A stretch of DNA of 64,000 bases from positions 74,805-138,804 of the forward strand of contig CAZGHN010000006.1 of assembly GCA_964525555.1 (NCBI GenBank), written 5' to 3'. The stretch comes from an uncultured bacterium. Lineage in GTDB: Bacteria; Hydrothermota; UBA3072. The notes beneath the pieces are model-generated. The model was not told the DNA's origin and made no database searches. It saw only the letters and a program-made list of their open reading frames with translations. Below, piece by piece: positions 38,795 to 48,862 of this stretch. The position numbers and the translations under genes were made by a program. Position 1 is the first letter of the stretch. The number at the start of each line of letters is the position of its first letter.

Positions 38795-39838
38795 TTGGTA
38801 TCTCTAATGGAAAATAAAAGAGAAAATAATGGCATTGAAAATGTTTGGCGGGAAGATGTTAGGAGTGAGAATATTAGACTCGATACATATTTATCTAAAA
38901 GCAGTCTTCCATTTAGTAGAAGTAAGATAAAACAAAAAATTAAGAATAGGGAAATTCTTGTAAACGGGGAGCCCTCCAAACCCTCATATAGTGTTAAAAG
39001 GGGAGATATTATAGAAGCTGTATATGAACCCCAGGCTTCTTTTGAGATAAAGCCTCAGGAAATACCAATTTCCATAATATATGAAGATCAGGATATAATT
39101 GTTTTAAATAAGCAAAAAGACATGGTAGTGCACCCTGCTAAAGGAAACTCTGACGGTACACTTGTAAATGCTCTTCTTTACCATTGCTCTGACCTTTCGG
39201 AAGGTTCCGGTCTTGAAAGACCTGGCGTTATACATAGACTTGATGAAGATACGACCGGTGTTATAGTTTTCGCTAAAAGCCAGAGAGTGCACGCGAAAAT
39301 AGCGACCCAGTTTCAAAGGCGAGAAGTCGAAAAAATTTATCTTGCCGTAGTCTGGGGGACTCCTCCGATGAAAGAAGGAGAAATAAATTCACCTATAGGT
39401 AGAAGTTCTTTTGATAGAAAATTGATGTCGGTCACGCCTCTTAACTCCAGGGATTCCATTACTCGTTTTAAGGTTCTTCATTCGTATGGGTTTGCATCGA
39501 TTCTTAAAGTACAGCTTGAGACTGGAAGGACACATCAAATTAGGGTTCACCTTTCTCATTACGGATATCCCGTGATCGGAGATGCGGATTATGGAGGTAG
39601 AGATAAAAAAATTTTAAGAAGAATAGGACTTGACTATCGGTCCGCTTTTGATAAGATAATGGGAGTTATAGATAGACAGGCACTTCACGCTGCATCGATT
39701 GAATTTATGCATCCGGTGGAGAAAAAGAAAGTACGCTTTACCGCGCCGGTTCATGAAGATATGAAGAAGCTGATTGAATTTCTGAATGAAAATAATGCCA
39801 CTAAGACACGAAGACACAAAGGAGTATTGAATGATTAA
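38795..39838 (+). CDS. rluD: RluA/RluD-family 23S rRNA pseudouridine synthase
   Basis: S4 domain followed by HRLDEDTTGVIVFAK catalytic motif. Confidence 0.8.
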   Translation: MVSLMENKRENNGIENVWREDVRSENIRLDTYLSKSSLPFSRSKIKQKIKNREILVNGEPSKPSYSVKRGDIIEAVYEPQASFEIKPQEIPISIIYEDQDIIVLNKQKDMVVHPAKGNSDGTLVNALLYHCSDLSEGSGLERPGVIHRLDEDTTGVIVFAKSQRVHAKIATQFQRREVEKIYLAVVWGTPPMKEGEINSPIGRSSFDRKLMSVTPLNSRDSITRFKVLHSYGFASILKVQLETGRTHQIRVHLSHYGYPVIGDADYGGRDKKILRRIGLDYRSAFDKIMGVIDRQALHAASIEFMHPVEKKKVRFTAPVHEDMKKLIEFLNENNATKTRRHKGVLND

Positions 39839-39966
39839 ATTGTTAAATTATAAGGAAAGAAGAGTGTTTATCTTTATTGGATTATATGGGTACTTATTGA
39901 GCAGATCGCTTCAAAAAAATAACCCTGAAAACTTTGTGTTCTTTATGCCTTTGTGGCTAAAAAAAG

Positions 39967-42123
39967 ATGGATTTAATAATAGTTGAATCTCCGGCAAAAG
40001 CCAGAACAATTACCAATTATCTAAAGAAAACTAAGGTAATGGCAACAATGGGTCATATTAAGGATCTTCCGAAGAGTAAGATAGGTATAGATTTTGATAA
40101 TGGGTTCAATCCGGATTATAAAATAATAAAAGGGAAAGGAAAAATTGTAAAAGAGATAGTAAAAGCTAGTAAAAAGAGCGATAGGGTTTTTATAGCAACC
40201 GATCCGGATAGAGAAGGGGAGGCTATTGCCTATCATCTCCAGGAAGAACTGCCGGTTGCGCCCAAAAGAGTTATGTTCTATGAGATGACAAAAAACGGTA
40301 TAAATAAAGGCATCAGCGAACCTTGTGATGTCGATATGAATAAGGTTTTTTCTCAGCGTACAAGGAGAATTCTGGACAGATTAGTTGGGTATAAAATCAG
40401 TCCTTTGCTGTGGAAAGCTATTCGAAGGGGATTGTCTGCCGGGAGAGTTCAAAGTGTGGTTCTCCGGCTTATTTGCGAGAGGGAAGAGGAAATTGATAAT
40501 TTCGTGCCTGAGGATTACTGGGTATTCAAAGGTCTTTTTGTTCATCCCCACGGTGAATTCGAGGCAAATCTTGAAAAAATCGATGGGAAAAAGGCAAATA
40601 TCGCAACTAAAAAGGATGCTGAAAAAATTAAAAAAGCTTTGAAAAATGCTAGTTTTTCAGTTAAAGAATTCAATAAAAGTGACGTTAAGCAGTCTCCTTT
40701 TCCGCCTTTGATAACGAGTACTCTGCAAAGAGGTGCTTCCAACAATTTCGGGTTTCCTATAAAAAAGACAATGTATGTTGCGCAGCGCCTGTATGAGGGT
40801 ATTGCGCTTCCTGAGGGAACAACAGGTCTTATTACTTATATGAGAACAGATTCTTTTAGAATTTCCAAAGATGCCGAAGGAAGTATGCGAAAATTTATTA
40901 AGGATAATTATGGAGATAATTATCTGCCGGCAAAGCCCAATGTTTATAAATCAAAGAAAGGTGCGCAGGAAGCTCATGAGGCAATTAGACCGACAGATAT
41001 AACCAGGACACCGGAATCTATTAAAGAACATCTAAAGCCCGAGGAATATAAGCTCTATAAACTTATATGGGAAAGAGCGCTGGCCAGTCAGTTCGAAGAT
41101 GCTGTTTTTGATTCCAGAAAAGTTACGGTTGAAACTTCCTCTTATGAGTTCAAAGGTTCTTCAAAGAATTTGAAATTCGATGGATTTTATAAAATTCTTG
41201 CTCCTCCTAAGGAGCAAAATATTATACCCCTGATGGAAGTGGGTGATTCCGTAAGCCTTAAAAAACTTGATGACGAGAAAAAAACTACCGAACCTCCTGC
41301 AAGGTATTCCGAAGCTACAATGGTTAGAGAAATGGAAAAACGGGGGATAGGACGTCCAAGTACGTATTCTCCGACCATATCGACTCTTTTGGTAAGAACT
41401 TACATTAAAAAGATAAAAGGTTTTCTTGTGCCTCAGGAAATAGGTAAGATTGTAAATAAAGTTTTGGTTTCTAATTTTGGTTCAACGATTATAAATTGTG
41501 ATTTTACTTCTTCTATGGAAGAAGATTTGGATAAAATCGAGGAAGGTAAGGAAGACTGGCGTAAATCCGTCGAAGTTTTTTATGATTCTTTCAAGAATGA
41601 TCTTGAGGCAGTCGAGGAAAAAATTCCCGAGATTAGAGACAGTATAAGCGAAAAGACAGATAGAAAGTGTCCTAAATGCGGGAAAAATTTGATAGTAAAA
41701 TGGGGCCGTTACGGTAAATTTCTTGCTTGTCCGGGTTATCCGGAGGATTGCGAGGGCTATACTGAACCGCATGAAGATGACATTCTTAATGAGAAATGTC
41801 CTAAATGCGGGGGAAAGGTAATCCTACGTCAGGGGAGGTTCGGGAGGTTTAAAGCCTGCGGGAATTATCCCGAATGTGATTGGAGTGCTTCGGTTTCGAC
41901 CGGCGTAAAATGTCCCAAGTGCGGTAAAGGCGAATTTATTGAAAGAAAATCTAAAAAGGGGAGAGTTTTCTATCCTTGTTCTACCGAAGATTGCGATAAT
42001 GTTTTGTGGGATAAACCAGTTGGGGAAGAGTGCCCAAAATGTAATGCGCCTTTTATGGTTGAAAAGATGAACGCACGCCAGGATTATATTTACTGCCTTG
42101 AGTGTAAACATAAGGAAATGTAA
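39967..42123 (+). CDS. topA: DNA topoisomerase I
   Basis: Toprim start MDLIIVESPAKARTI; C-terminal repeated zinc ribbons CPKCG. Confidence 0.9.
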   Translation: MDLIIVESPAKARTITNYLKKTKVMATMGHIKDLPKSKIGIDFDNGFNPDYKIIKGKGKIVKEIVKASKKSDRVFIATDPDREGEAIAYHLQEELPVAPKRVMFYEMTKNGINKGISEPCDVDMNKVFSQRTRRILDRLVGYKISPLLWKAIRRGLSAGRVQSVVLRLICEREEEIDNFVPEDYWVFKGLFVHPHGEFEANLEKIDGKKANIATKKDAEKIKKALKNASFSVKEFNKSDVKQSPFPPLITSTLQRGASNNFGFPIKKTMYVAQRLYEGIALPEGTTGLITYMRTDSFRISKDAEGSMRKFIKDNYGDNYLPAKPNVYKSKKGAQEAHEAIRPTDITRTPESIKEHLKPEEYKLYKLIWERALASQFEDAVFDSRKVTVETSSYEFKGSSKNLKFDGFYKILAPPKEQNIIPLMEVGDSVSLKKLDDEKKTTEPPARYSEATMVREMEKRGIGRPSTYSPTISTLLVRTYIKKIKGFLVPQEIGKIVNKVLVSNFGSTIINCDFTSSMEEDLDKIEEGKEDWRKSVEVFYDSFKNDLEAVEEKIPEIRDSISEKTDRKCPKCGKNLIVKWGRYGKFLACPGYPEDCEGYTEPHEDDILNEKCPKCGGKVILRQGRFGRFKACGNYPECDWSASVSTGVKCPKCGKGEFIERKSKKGRVFYPCSTEDCDNVLWDKPVGEECPKCNAPFMVEKMNARQDYIYCLECKHKEM

Positions 42124-42140
42124 ACTGCTGAAAGCAGTTT
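42122..42140. terminator. hairpin between convergent topA and S8 peptidase genes (weak terminator candidate)
   Basis: AAACTGC-tgaaa-GCAGTTT stem-loop overlapping the topA stop; no clear T-tract. Confidence 0.3.
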
Positions 42141-42405
42141 ACAGTATATCAGTGAATTCGTGAATCAGTAAATTAGTATACTTATTTTACTAATAACTAA
42201 GTAATGTTGCCTTTGTGTGAGAAATTAGGTTTTAGGTCTTTGGTTTTGGGTTTTAGTAAAGAAGAAAATAAAATCTCTACATGTTCTACATGTTAAAAAT
42301 TAAATGGGGTGTGTTGTGTTTTAAATAAACACACATCATTCTTTTTTTCAGTGTGCTCTGAGTTTTTTTCTTTGTGCTCTCCGTGTCTTTGTGTGAGAAT
42401 CTATT

Positions 42406-44967
42406 TTATTTCGCTATTTTTATAATTTTCGTTTCTTCTACCTTTTCTCCGTCTATTTTTAAAACCGCGAAATAAACACCGGAAACGAGGTTCTCTCCCC
42501 ATTTCGTTGAGTAAGTACCAGGGTCCATTTTTTCATCCAGTAGAGTTGCCATTTTTCTTCCGGTTTTATCGAAAATAGATAAATTTATATCTGCTTTTGT
42601 TGTTATACTTAACTGTATATCCGTTTTATCTATAAAGGGGCTCTTGATGGATAAGTATTTATATTTACTTGCAGTTATATCATCTCCGTCAATGATGCCT
42701 CCTTGCGGAGCGAATCCTCCTACTGCGGCTACTGCAAAAGGTATTGAACCGTTAGGACAATTATAACCCTTAACAGTGATAGTGTAAGTACCGAATAGAC
42801 CGGAAGATAGCCATACTACTTCAACGTTATTTACCCTGTCTGCCGAGCCTCCTGTTTGGGAATATCCTCCGGAAAATACATTGCCTCTGTATCTATTGCT
42901 ATTGGGCGCTGTAACAATTAAATCCAGGTCGTTAATAAGTGTGGGATTCGCCAGTGTGCTTGCAGTCGTATCAGCCCATGCGAGAACAAATTTTAAAGGT
43001 TCTGTTGTGGTTGTAACATCGATTGTCATTACAGTTGAATCGTTTGTCGATACTCCTGAAGAGTTATCGTTTACGTACAGAAGTCTTGATTCTACCGAGA
43101 AATGAAGTGCATTATCGAGCACGACTCGTCCCCAGCCTTCTGCTCTACTTGGGACAGGATTCCCGTCATTCATATCAACTGAAGAGGCTATTAGTACTGC
43201 TTTAACGAGTGCCGCTGAAGGTGAAAGAGGTGTTCCCGATAGCGTGTCACCGGTCGGATAAAATCCGTCGAGAAAATACTGTCTAATCATAGCGCAGGCT
43301 CCTGATATTTGAGGAGCTGCCTGTGATGTTCCGACCATTCCTCCTAATTGTCCGTGAGCAGAATCTATAGCCCAGGTATATTCAGGATTTGCCCCCCAGA
43401 TAAAATGTCTGTAAGCTGAAAAAGGATCGGTACCTCCTGGAGCCACTACTTCGGGTTTTATTCTTCCGTCGGTTGTCCATCCTCTACCTGAAAAAGAAGC
43501 CATGGAATCTGGTGAAATGTCGTATGTCGGATTCCAGCACGCTCCTACTGCTATGCAGTTTTTAGCTGTCGCCGGACAACCTACGGTTGTATCTCTCGGA
43601 CCAAAATTGCCTGCCGAGAAGACAACGACAAAGTCTTTGTTATTCCAGACAGCATTATCAATATCTAATGCTGCTCCGAAATATTCTCCGAAGAGACTGG
43701 TGTAATCCCAGGAGTTTTGATGTATTCTTGAGTTATAGGTAGTATAAGCCTTGTTGAGAGAAGTAGCCAAGTTGAATGAACCCAGTTTACAGGAGTCATT
43801 TTGAGTATAACCCATATCCTGTATATATAGTCTTACAGGGAAATAATCCGGAGTATTTCCTCTTGTTTGTCCGCCCCAATCATATATTGACATTAAATTA
43901 GTACCTCTGGGATGATTATTAGCTATTGAAGGATTGGCGGCTACGATAGAAGAAACATTTGTTCCGTGGGAACATCCGCCTGGGGCAACAGGAGTTCTTG
44001 TTTCTACTAAATCTCCTCCTTCGTCTGTATATGCCTGTACAGATATGTGATTACTTCCAGGAGGGTCATCCTGTGGGTCCTGGAAAAATCCGCTCCAGTA
44101 ATCCAGTCCTGTATCAAAAATAGTTACGATTTCTCCTTTACCTGTTACTCCTTTATCCGCGAGTGTAATTCCGCTTGTTACCGTATCCCAGAGTTGTCCC
44201 AGGTCTATATCCGATGCCATTGTAAAGCTATCCAGAGGAACCTGAACTGAATATCTCCAGGTGGAGGAAGAAAGCACTTTTTTCGCGTATCGGACTATGG
44301 ATTCTACTCCCTTTATCTTTGCTAGCGCGTTTAGCGAATCGGGTCGTATTCTAACGATCATTCTGTTGTTATTTTTCTCTATTTGCTGTATATCCGAACC
44401 CCAGTTTTTCAGTTGTTCTGAGATATCATATATTGAAACACCTTCAAAAACTTGAACGGAAAGTTGAAGTAAAGGGTCATTTTCTCTCCATAATTCGTCT
44501 TTTCCGCAATTGCATTCCCCTTTGCTTATAATTTCTAATTGTCCATCTTTAAACCTTCCGGTAGCCATAGGAAGTTTATTTTCTATTTCTTCTTCTCTTG
44601 TTTTGTAAGCACTCGGATGAATTTTGTATTCTGGATGAAATAATCCTATCCATCTTACGAATGGTAATTGTTCTGCATTTGCCTTTTCTTCGGGTGTCAT
44701 CTCCACTATATACGCGAAATGGGGGATATAGTCGTGGAATACGCCTCCTGCCTCGGCTATTTTTTCTTTCCACTCGGTATAAATCGGTCCTGTGAATTGT
44801 AAGATATAATAGTTTTCTCCGTCTACTTCAGTTGCCTGCAGTGCACTTCGCAGTTTCGGAGTGCTTTTAAGCGGATCGAATTTGTTGTTTACAAGTGAAA
44901 TTGACATATCATTTGAAGCGAAAATAGAGTAAGTTATAAAAAGAAACATTACGAATAGTTTTTTCAT
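42406..44967 (-). CDS. subtilisin-like S8 serine peptidase with T9SS-type C-terminal sorting domain
   Basis: Catalytic triad contexts DTGLDYW, HGTNVSS, GTSQAAPQISG; signal peptide; C-terminal beta-sandwich tail. Confidence 0.8.
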   Translation of the reverse strand: MKKLFVMFLFITYSIFASNDMSISLVNNKFDPLKSTPKLRSALQATEVDGENYYILQFTGPIYTEWKEKIAEAGGVFHDYIPHFAYIVEMTPEEKANAEQLPFVRWIGLFHPEYKIHPSAYKTREEEIENKLPMATGRFKDGQLEIISKGECNCGKDELWRENDPLLQLSVQVFEGVSIYDISEQLKNWGSDIQQIEKNNNRMIVRIRPDSLNALAKIKGVESIVRYAKKVLSSSTWRYSVQVPLDSFTMASDIDLGQLWDTVTSGITLADKGVTGKGEIVTIFDTGLDYWSGFFQDPQDDPPGSNHISVQAYTDEGGDLVETRTPVAPGGCSHGTNVSSIVAANPSIANNHPRGTNLMSIYDWGGQTRGNTPDYFPVRLYIQDMGYTQNDSCKLGSFNLATSLNKAYTTYNSRIHQNSWDYTSLFGEYFGAALDIDNAVWNNKDFVVVFSAGNFGPRDTTVGCPATAKNCIAVGACWNPTYDISPDSMASFSGRGWTTDGRIKPEVVAPGGTDPFSAYRHFIWGANPEYTWAIDSAHGQLGGMVGTSQAAPQISGACAMIRQYFLDGFYPTGDTLSGTPLSPSAALVKAVLIASSVDMNDGNPVPSRAEGWGRVVLDNALHFSVESRLLYVNDNSSGVSTNDSTVMTIDVTTTTEPLKFVLAWADTTASTLANPTLINDLDLIVTAPNSNRYRGNVFSGGYSQTGGSADRVNNVEVVWLSSGLFGTYTITVKGYNCPNGSIPFAVAAVGGFAPQGGIIDGDDITASKYKYLSIKSPFIDKTDIQLSITTKADINLSIFDKTGRKMATLLDEKMDPGTYSTKWGENLVSGVYFAVLKIDGEKVEETKIIKIAK

Positions 44968-44990
44968 AAAACCTCCATGGTTATGCTTAT

Positions 44991-45019
44991 ATTATGCGAA
45001 ATTTTACTCGATATGTCAA
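44991..45019 (-). promoter_or_regulatory. promoter TTGACA-N17-CATAAT for the S8 peptidase gene
   Basis: Minus strand GTGGCAAAA...TTGACA(45019-45014)...CATAAT(44996-44991); RBS GGAGG before ATG 44967. Confidence 0.45.
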
Positions 45020-45043
45020 TGGTTTATTTTGCCACGAAGACAA

Positions 45044-45180
45044 ACAAAAAACATTTAACACAGAGTACACAGAGAAAAACAAAAAACACAGAGATCACAG
45101 AGAAAAAACTATGTTTCGTGTTTTTAAAACCCAACCCGCCTCAGTTAATTTTTCACATGTAGAACATGTAGGTATTGTAG
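45044..45180. repeat. ~137-bp interspersed element (family R2): four CACAGAG boxes plus conserved block with CATGT-AGA-ACATG palindrome
   Basis: Over 90 percent identical to 60998..61134; both sit just upstream of promoters of secreted-protein genes. Confidence 0.8.
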
Positions 45181-45411
45181 TTTTGTTTTTTACAATTTAA
45201 CTATTTTTCTATTTAACAATTCAACTGATTCGAAGAATCTATAACACTGATTCACCGATTCACTATTTTACTGAATCACTGCTGTCTATTGATGCAATTT
45301 TTTCATAAGTGATACCGTTGATATTTTCATTGGTGACCCCAATTATACGCCAATTACGCAATTACAGAAGATTCAAAACCAATTTCATTGATATTGAATA
45401 TCAAAGTAATC

Positions 45412-46716
45412 TTAGTCAGATACCTTGGGTTCCCATAATTTTAGTTCGCTTATACATGCGTCATTATATTTGGAACCCTTGTATATATCTTTAATAATGA
45501 ATTTGACGGATTTAGTAACATGTGGTTCGATTTTAATCTTTTGTAAATCCATAGTATCTTTTAAATCTAGATTCATTGTTGAGCCATCCGAGAATGATAT
45601 CTCAAGGGTTTTTATTCTATTATTGGCATTAAATATGGCTTTTGATTTAGAGTAACCTGAAATGATATCAATTCTTTCGATATTATATTCCTCATCGAAA
45701 TCCAATTGTATCCATTCGCCTATACCGTCTCCTTCCGAACCTTCAACCCAGGCTGTATTATCATCATTATCAAATATATTGTCTATATCATATAAAAACT
45801 TGTTATTTTTATCGGTAAGAGTAGAAGAGCAGGTCACTTTCATATGATGTCTTTGAATTAACCCTTCGTTTTTCTTTAATTCCGCGATAATATTGTCTAA
45901 GTCTAACTCATAACAATCGACAAGTAGCCCGTTATCTCTGTTTTTCTCAAGGAAATCTATGACTTCCGGATTACAGATTTCTTCTATGTGAGAAAGGAAA
46001 TCATCAATTGGATAATAAACATCAGGTTTATTTATACTTTCTTCGAACGAATTAAGAATAAAATTAAGATTTTTCTCGTACTCATGATTGACCAGACAAT
46101 AAGCTTCCGCAATCGCTAATTCCTCTCTTATTCCCTTTGGCTTGAAATTCTTTAAAACTTCTACAATCCTTTTATCTCGTAATTCTGCCAATCTCCATAA
46201 AATTGGTAATGTAGATATATTTTTACTTTTAAACGGACCATCGAATGGACTCTTATTATCTTTATTGTGTAATTCATTATAGAGTTCTTGCATAAGATAG
46301 TCAAAAACTTTTGGTTTATTTATCTTCTCTAAAATAGATAAAGCAATATATAATGAATATTCACCTTTTTCGATATATCTCTTAACTTTACTATATAAAT
46401 TTGATTTTCTATCTGATGATATTTCTTTTAGAATCGACTCAAATAAATGTAATAATTTCTTTTCTTCAATATCGTCAGATAGCGAAAAGCTTTCAATTAT
46501 ACTTTTACTGGCTTCATCTGTACCAATCTCAATTAAATTTTCATAAGCTTGTTTTATTTTTTGATGATCTTCTTTGGTATTGATGCCTTCTGCAAGAATA
46601 TTTCTAATAATATTAGCGTGACGTTCAACATCTAAATCTTGTGATTTGTCTCCATTTGCTGATAATTGATAGCAAGAGCTAACAAAACATAGAATTATAA
46701 GGATACACGTTTTCAT
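45412..46716 (-). CDS. lipoprotein with helical N-terminal region and C-terminal galactose-binding/discoidin-like domain
   Basis: Lipobox LCFVSSC; C-terminal NTAWVEGSEGDGIGEWIQLDF...ISELKLW. Confidence 0.45.
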   Translation of the reverse strand: MKTCILIILCFVSSCYQLSANGDKSQDLDVERHANIIRNILAEGINTKEDHQKIKQAYENLIEIGTDEASKSIIESFSLSDDIEEKKLLHLFESILKEISSDRKSNLYSKVKRYIEKGEYSLYIALSILEKINKPKVFDYLMQELYNELHNKDNKSPFDGPFKSKNISTLPILWRLAELRDKRIVEVLKNFKPKGIREELAIAEAYCLVNHEYEKNLNFILNSFEESINKPDVYYPIDDFLSHIEEICNPEVIDFLEKNRDNGLLVDCYELDLDNIIAELKKNEGLIQRHHMKVTCSSTLTDKNNKFLYDIDNIFDNDDNTAWVEGSEGDGIGEWIQLDFDEEYNIERIDIISGYSKSKAIFNANNRIKTLEISFSDGSTMNLDLKDTMDLQKIKIEPHVTKSVKFIIKDIYKGSKYNDACISELKLWEPKVSD

Positions 46717-46784
46717 ATTCTATACTCCTTTTTTAGATTTAACGCTCAGTGTTAAGTAATTCATGGTTCTAAGATTTATCAGCG

Positions 46785-47738
46785 TTATTCCCAATAATAG
46801 TTGGGTCCGGCAAGGTCGGTTTTCGGATTAAACACCCGGGTGTTATCTGTTGGTGAAAGCAAAGATTGTAATGTATTATCTTCGGTAAACATTATATAAA
46901 TGTTATCTTCTTTAGGGTCGAAATCTTTGAAGTTCGCGTAAAAAGCTTTTTCATCTTCTCTGCTCATGAAAAGTACGCATCCTGCACTTTTTTCACCAAA
47001 GTGAAATAAACATAAAGTTTTATAATTTTTACCCGAGGCTGATTGAGTCACTGTTAATGAAATTTTAGTCCCTATTTCATTTGGCCACAAGTCTTTTCCA
47101 CCACGATCAGAAGCGTCAAGATTAGCTATATAAAGTGGAACTCCCTTGTTGGTTTTTGTAAATGTATTACTTTCCTTAAACACACCAGCATATTTAACAT
47201 TTGATGGCACAGATAAATATGGCTTGCCATTTTCTGCTGATGTATTTGCTTGACTATTTACCCTAAATTGAGAATTTAAGATAAATTTGTCATCCGCTGT
47301 CAGCCTTAGATTATCACAGTAACCTCCCGAATACCCAACATAATTCCTTACTACATTAATATTATAATCGGTTAAGCCACCAAGGTCAATTCGATTAATC
47401 GGATCATTTGTCGCGTACACATAAGGATTTAGACTTTGTGGGCCGGTTAAAAATAAATCTTGAGGCATAAGCGTATGCGGATCAGGGGTTATAAATCTCC
47501 CGGTATTACTGCTATAATACCTTGCTCCAAAGTAATTGAATCCAGACTTATCTTTTTCCTTTCCGGTGAAATCCCTATTGTCTTCAAGTGTTCCTGAAGT
47601 GCTTAAATTTATACCAAAACTCTCATATGACTTCTCCTTCACAATATCATCCTCATCTGTAATCATAATGGGGGAACCCAGTCTGTCAAGATGATAGAAA
47701 TACAATTTCCCATCCTTTTCTTTGGCAAGGAGGCGGTT
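46785..47738 (-). CDS. orphan rhs C-terminal cassette (start-less): core end (YFYHLDRLGSP...DPINRIDLGGL) plus unique toxin tip
   Basis: Frame opens directly after a stop; homology to rhs begins at NRLLAKEKDGKLYFYHLDRLGSP; no ATG or RBS. Confidence 0.6.
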   Translation of the reverse strand, partial: NRLLAKEKDGKLYFYHLDRLGSPIMITDEDDIVKEKSYESFGINLSTSGTLEDNRDFTGKEKDKSGFNYFGARYYSSNTGRFITPDPHTLMPQDLFLTGPQSLNPYVYATNDPINRIDLGGLTDYNINVVRNYVGYSGGYCDNLRLTADDKFILNSQFRVNSQANTSAENGKPYLSVPSNVKYAGVFKESNTFTKTNKGVPLYIANLDASDRGGKDLWPNEIGTKISLTVTQSASGKNYKTLCLFHFGEKSAGCVLFMSREDEKAFYANFKDFDPKEDNIYIMFTEDNTLQSLLSPTDNTRVFNPKTDLAGPNYYWE

Positions 47739-47755
47739 TTAAAAGAATTTAATAT

Positions 47756-48781
47756 TTATTTTTTAAGGTTAACCAGAAAAACTTTGTCCTTTGAATCTTT
47801 ATCACGCATTAAAAAAACTATCTTCAAACCATCAGGAGACCATTTAGCTGCATGGTTTTTCCTGTATTCTTCTTTGAACCCAAATATTTTCACTGATTTT
47901 CCGGTCTCTAAAGAATATATAAAGACTCCTTCGATAGTTGAATATACCAATTTTTTATCATCCGGAGAAAATGCGCCTGGTGCGAAACCTGGTAGGTATC
48001 GAAAATTATCATCGTTAAAACTAAATAACTTAATATATTTTAAAGTATTAACATTGTAAATCCAATATTCATAAACCGAATTCTCATTTTCAGAAGGCCG
48101 ATAACTAGCATAAAATAAGAACATATTTCCGTCCGAGGACCATACTGGATCCGGATAAGCGGATTTTAAGTCTGTAAGACCGGGAATAACTACTTTTTTG
48201 AATTTCTGCTCTTCCAGATTAAAAAACCACATTCTTTCATCGTAATTTGGTTCTCCCGTCAATGAATCCCTTGGATTACATAAGTCTATAACAATAAAAA
48301 GATCGGTCCGAGTTCCAAAATTTATAGCGCTATTATCGCTGGCATACCTTTGGAATCCCTCAGGGAGACTAACGCTTTTCTTCTCTCCTGACGGATATTT
48401 TATTCTAAGTGTATCTTTATATATCCTGACCACGTATTCCCTGCAGGGACTTACAGCCCAATCATATCCAAACTTCTTAATCGTGTCTACATCAAAGACT
48501 TCTTTTATATTCTCCTTGTTCTTACAATTATCATAGTATAATCTTATAAACTCCATTTCATTAATGCGTAAAGAATCTTTAGTTTCCAGGTCAAGAAGAT
48601 AATATTCGTTATAAGGTTTATATATGGTTTTACCAGAACCTCTATATAGGATTTTATTGGATTCAGTCCACTCATATAGGTATTCTATCTTGTCCGCTTC
48701 AAATATTGCCTGAGCTTTGTAATAGTCAGAGCTACACATACTTATGGTTAGACAGATTAAATTAAGATTAAATAGAAACAT
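47756..48781 (-). CDS. PD40/TolB-like beta-propeller lipoprotein (candidate immunity protein)
   Basis: Start at ATG 48781 with RBS GGAGGA; lipobox LTISMC; repeated SPDG/SSDG motifs. Confidence 0.55.
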   Translation of the reverse strand: MFLFNLNLICLTISMCSSDYYKAQAIFEADKIEYLYEWTESNKILYRGSGKTIYKPYNEYYLLDLETKDSLRINEMEFIRLYYDNCKNKENIKEVFDVDTIKKFGYDWAVSPCREYVVRIYKDTLRIKYPSGEKKSVSLPEGFQRYASDNSAINFGTRTDLFIVIDLCNPRDSLTGEPNYDERMWFFNLEEQKFKKVVIPGLTDLKSAYPDPVWSSDGNMFLFYASYRPSENENSVYEYWIYNVNTLKYIKLFSFNDDNFRYLPGFAPGAFSPDDKKLVYSTIEGVFIYSLETGKSVKIFGFKEEYRKNHAAKWSPDGLKIVFLMRDKDSKDKVFLVNLKK

Positions 48782-48862
48782 CTTGTTTCTCCTCCAATTT
48801 TTCATTTTTTTATATTAAAGATAATACATTTCTATACTTATTCATACTTACCTTAACTCATT

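Noticed and set aside
44994-45200. Small ORFs inside R2 repeats (44994..45200 and 61065..61277, shared start MFRVFKTQP)
   Set aside because: The two copies diverge without codon-position pattern beyond the conserved nucleotide block; more likely non-coding regulatory DNA than a peptide gene
47662-47689. TTGACA...TATGAT inside rhs read as purely coincidental
   Set aside because: Not dismissed: recurrence of the same module, with a stop codon, directly upstream of two unrelated genes argues for function, so it is kept as a finding
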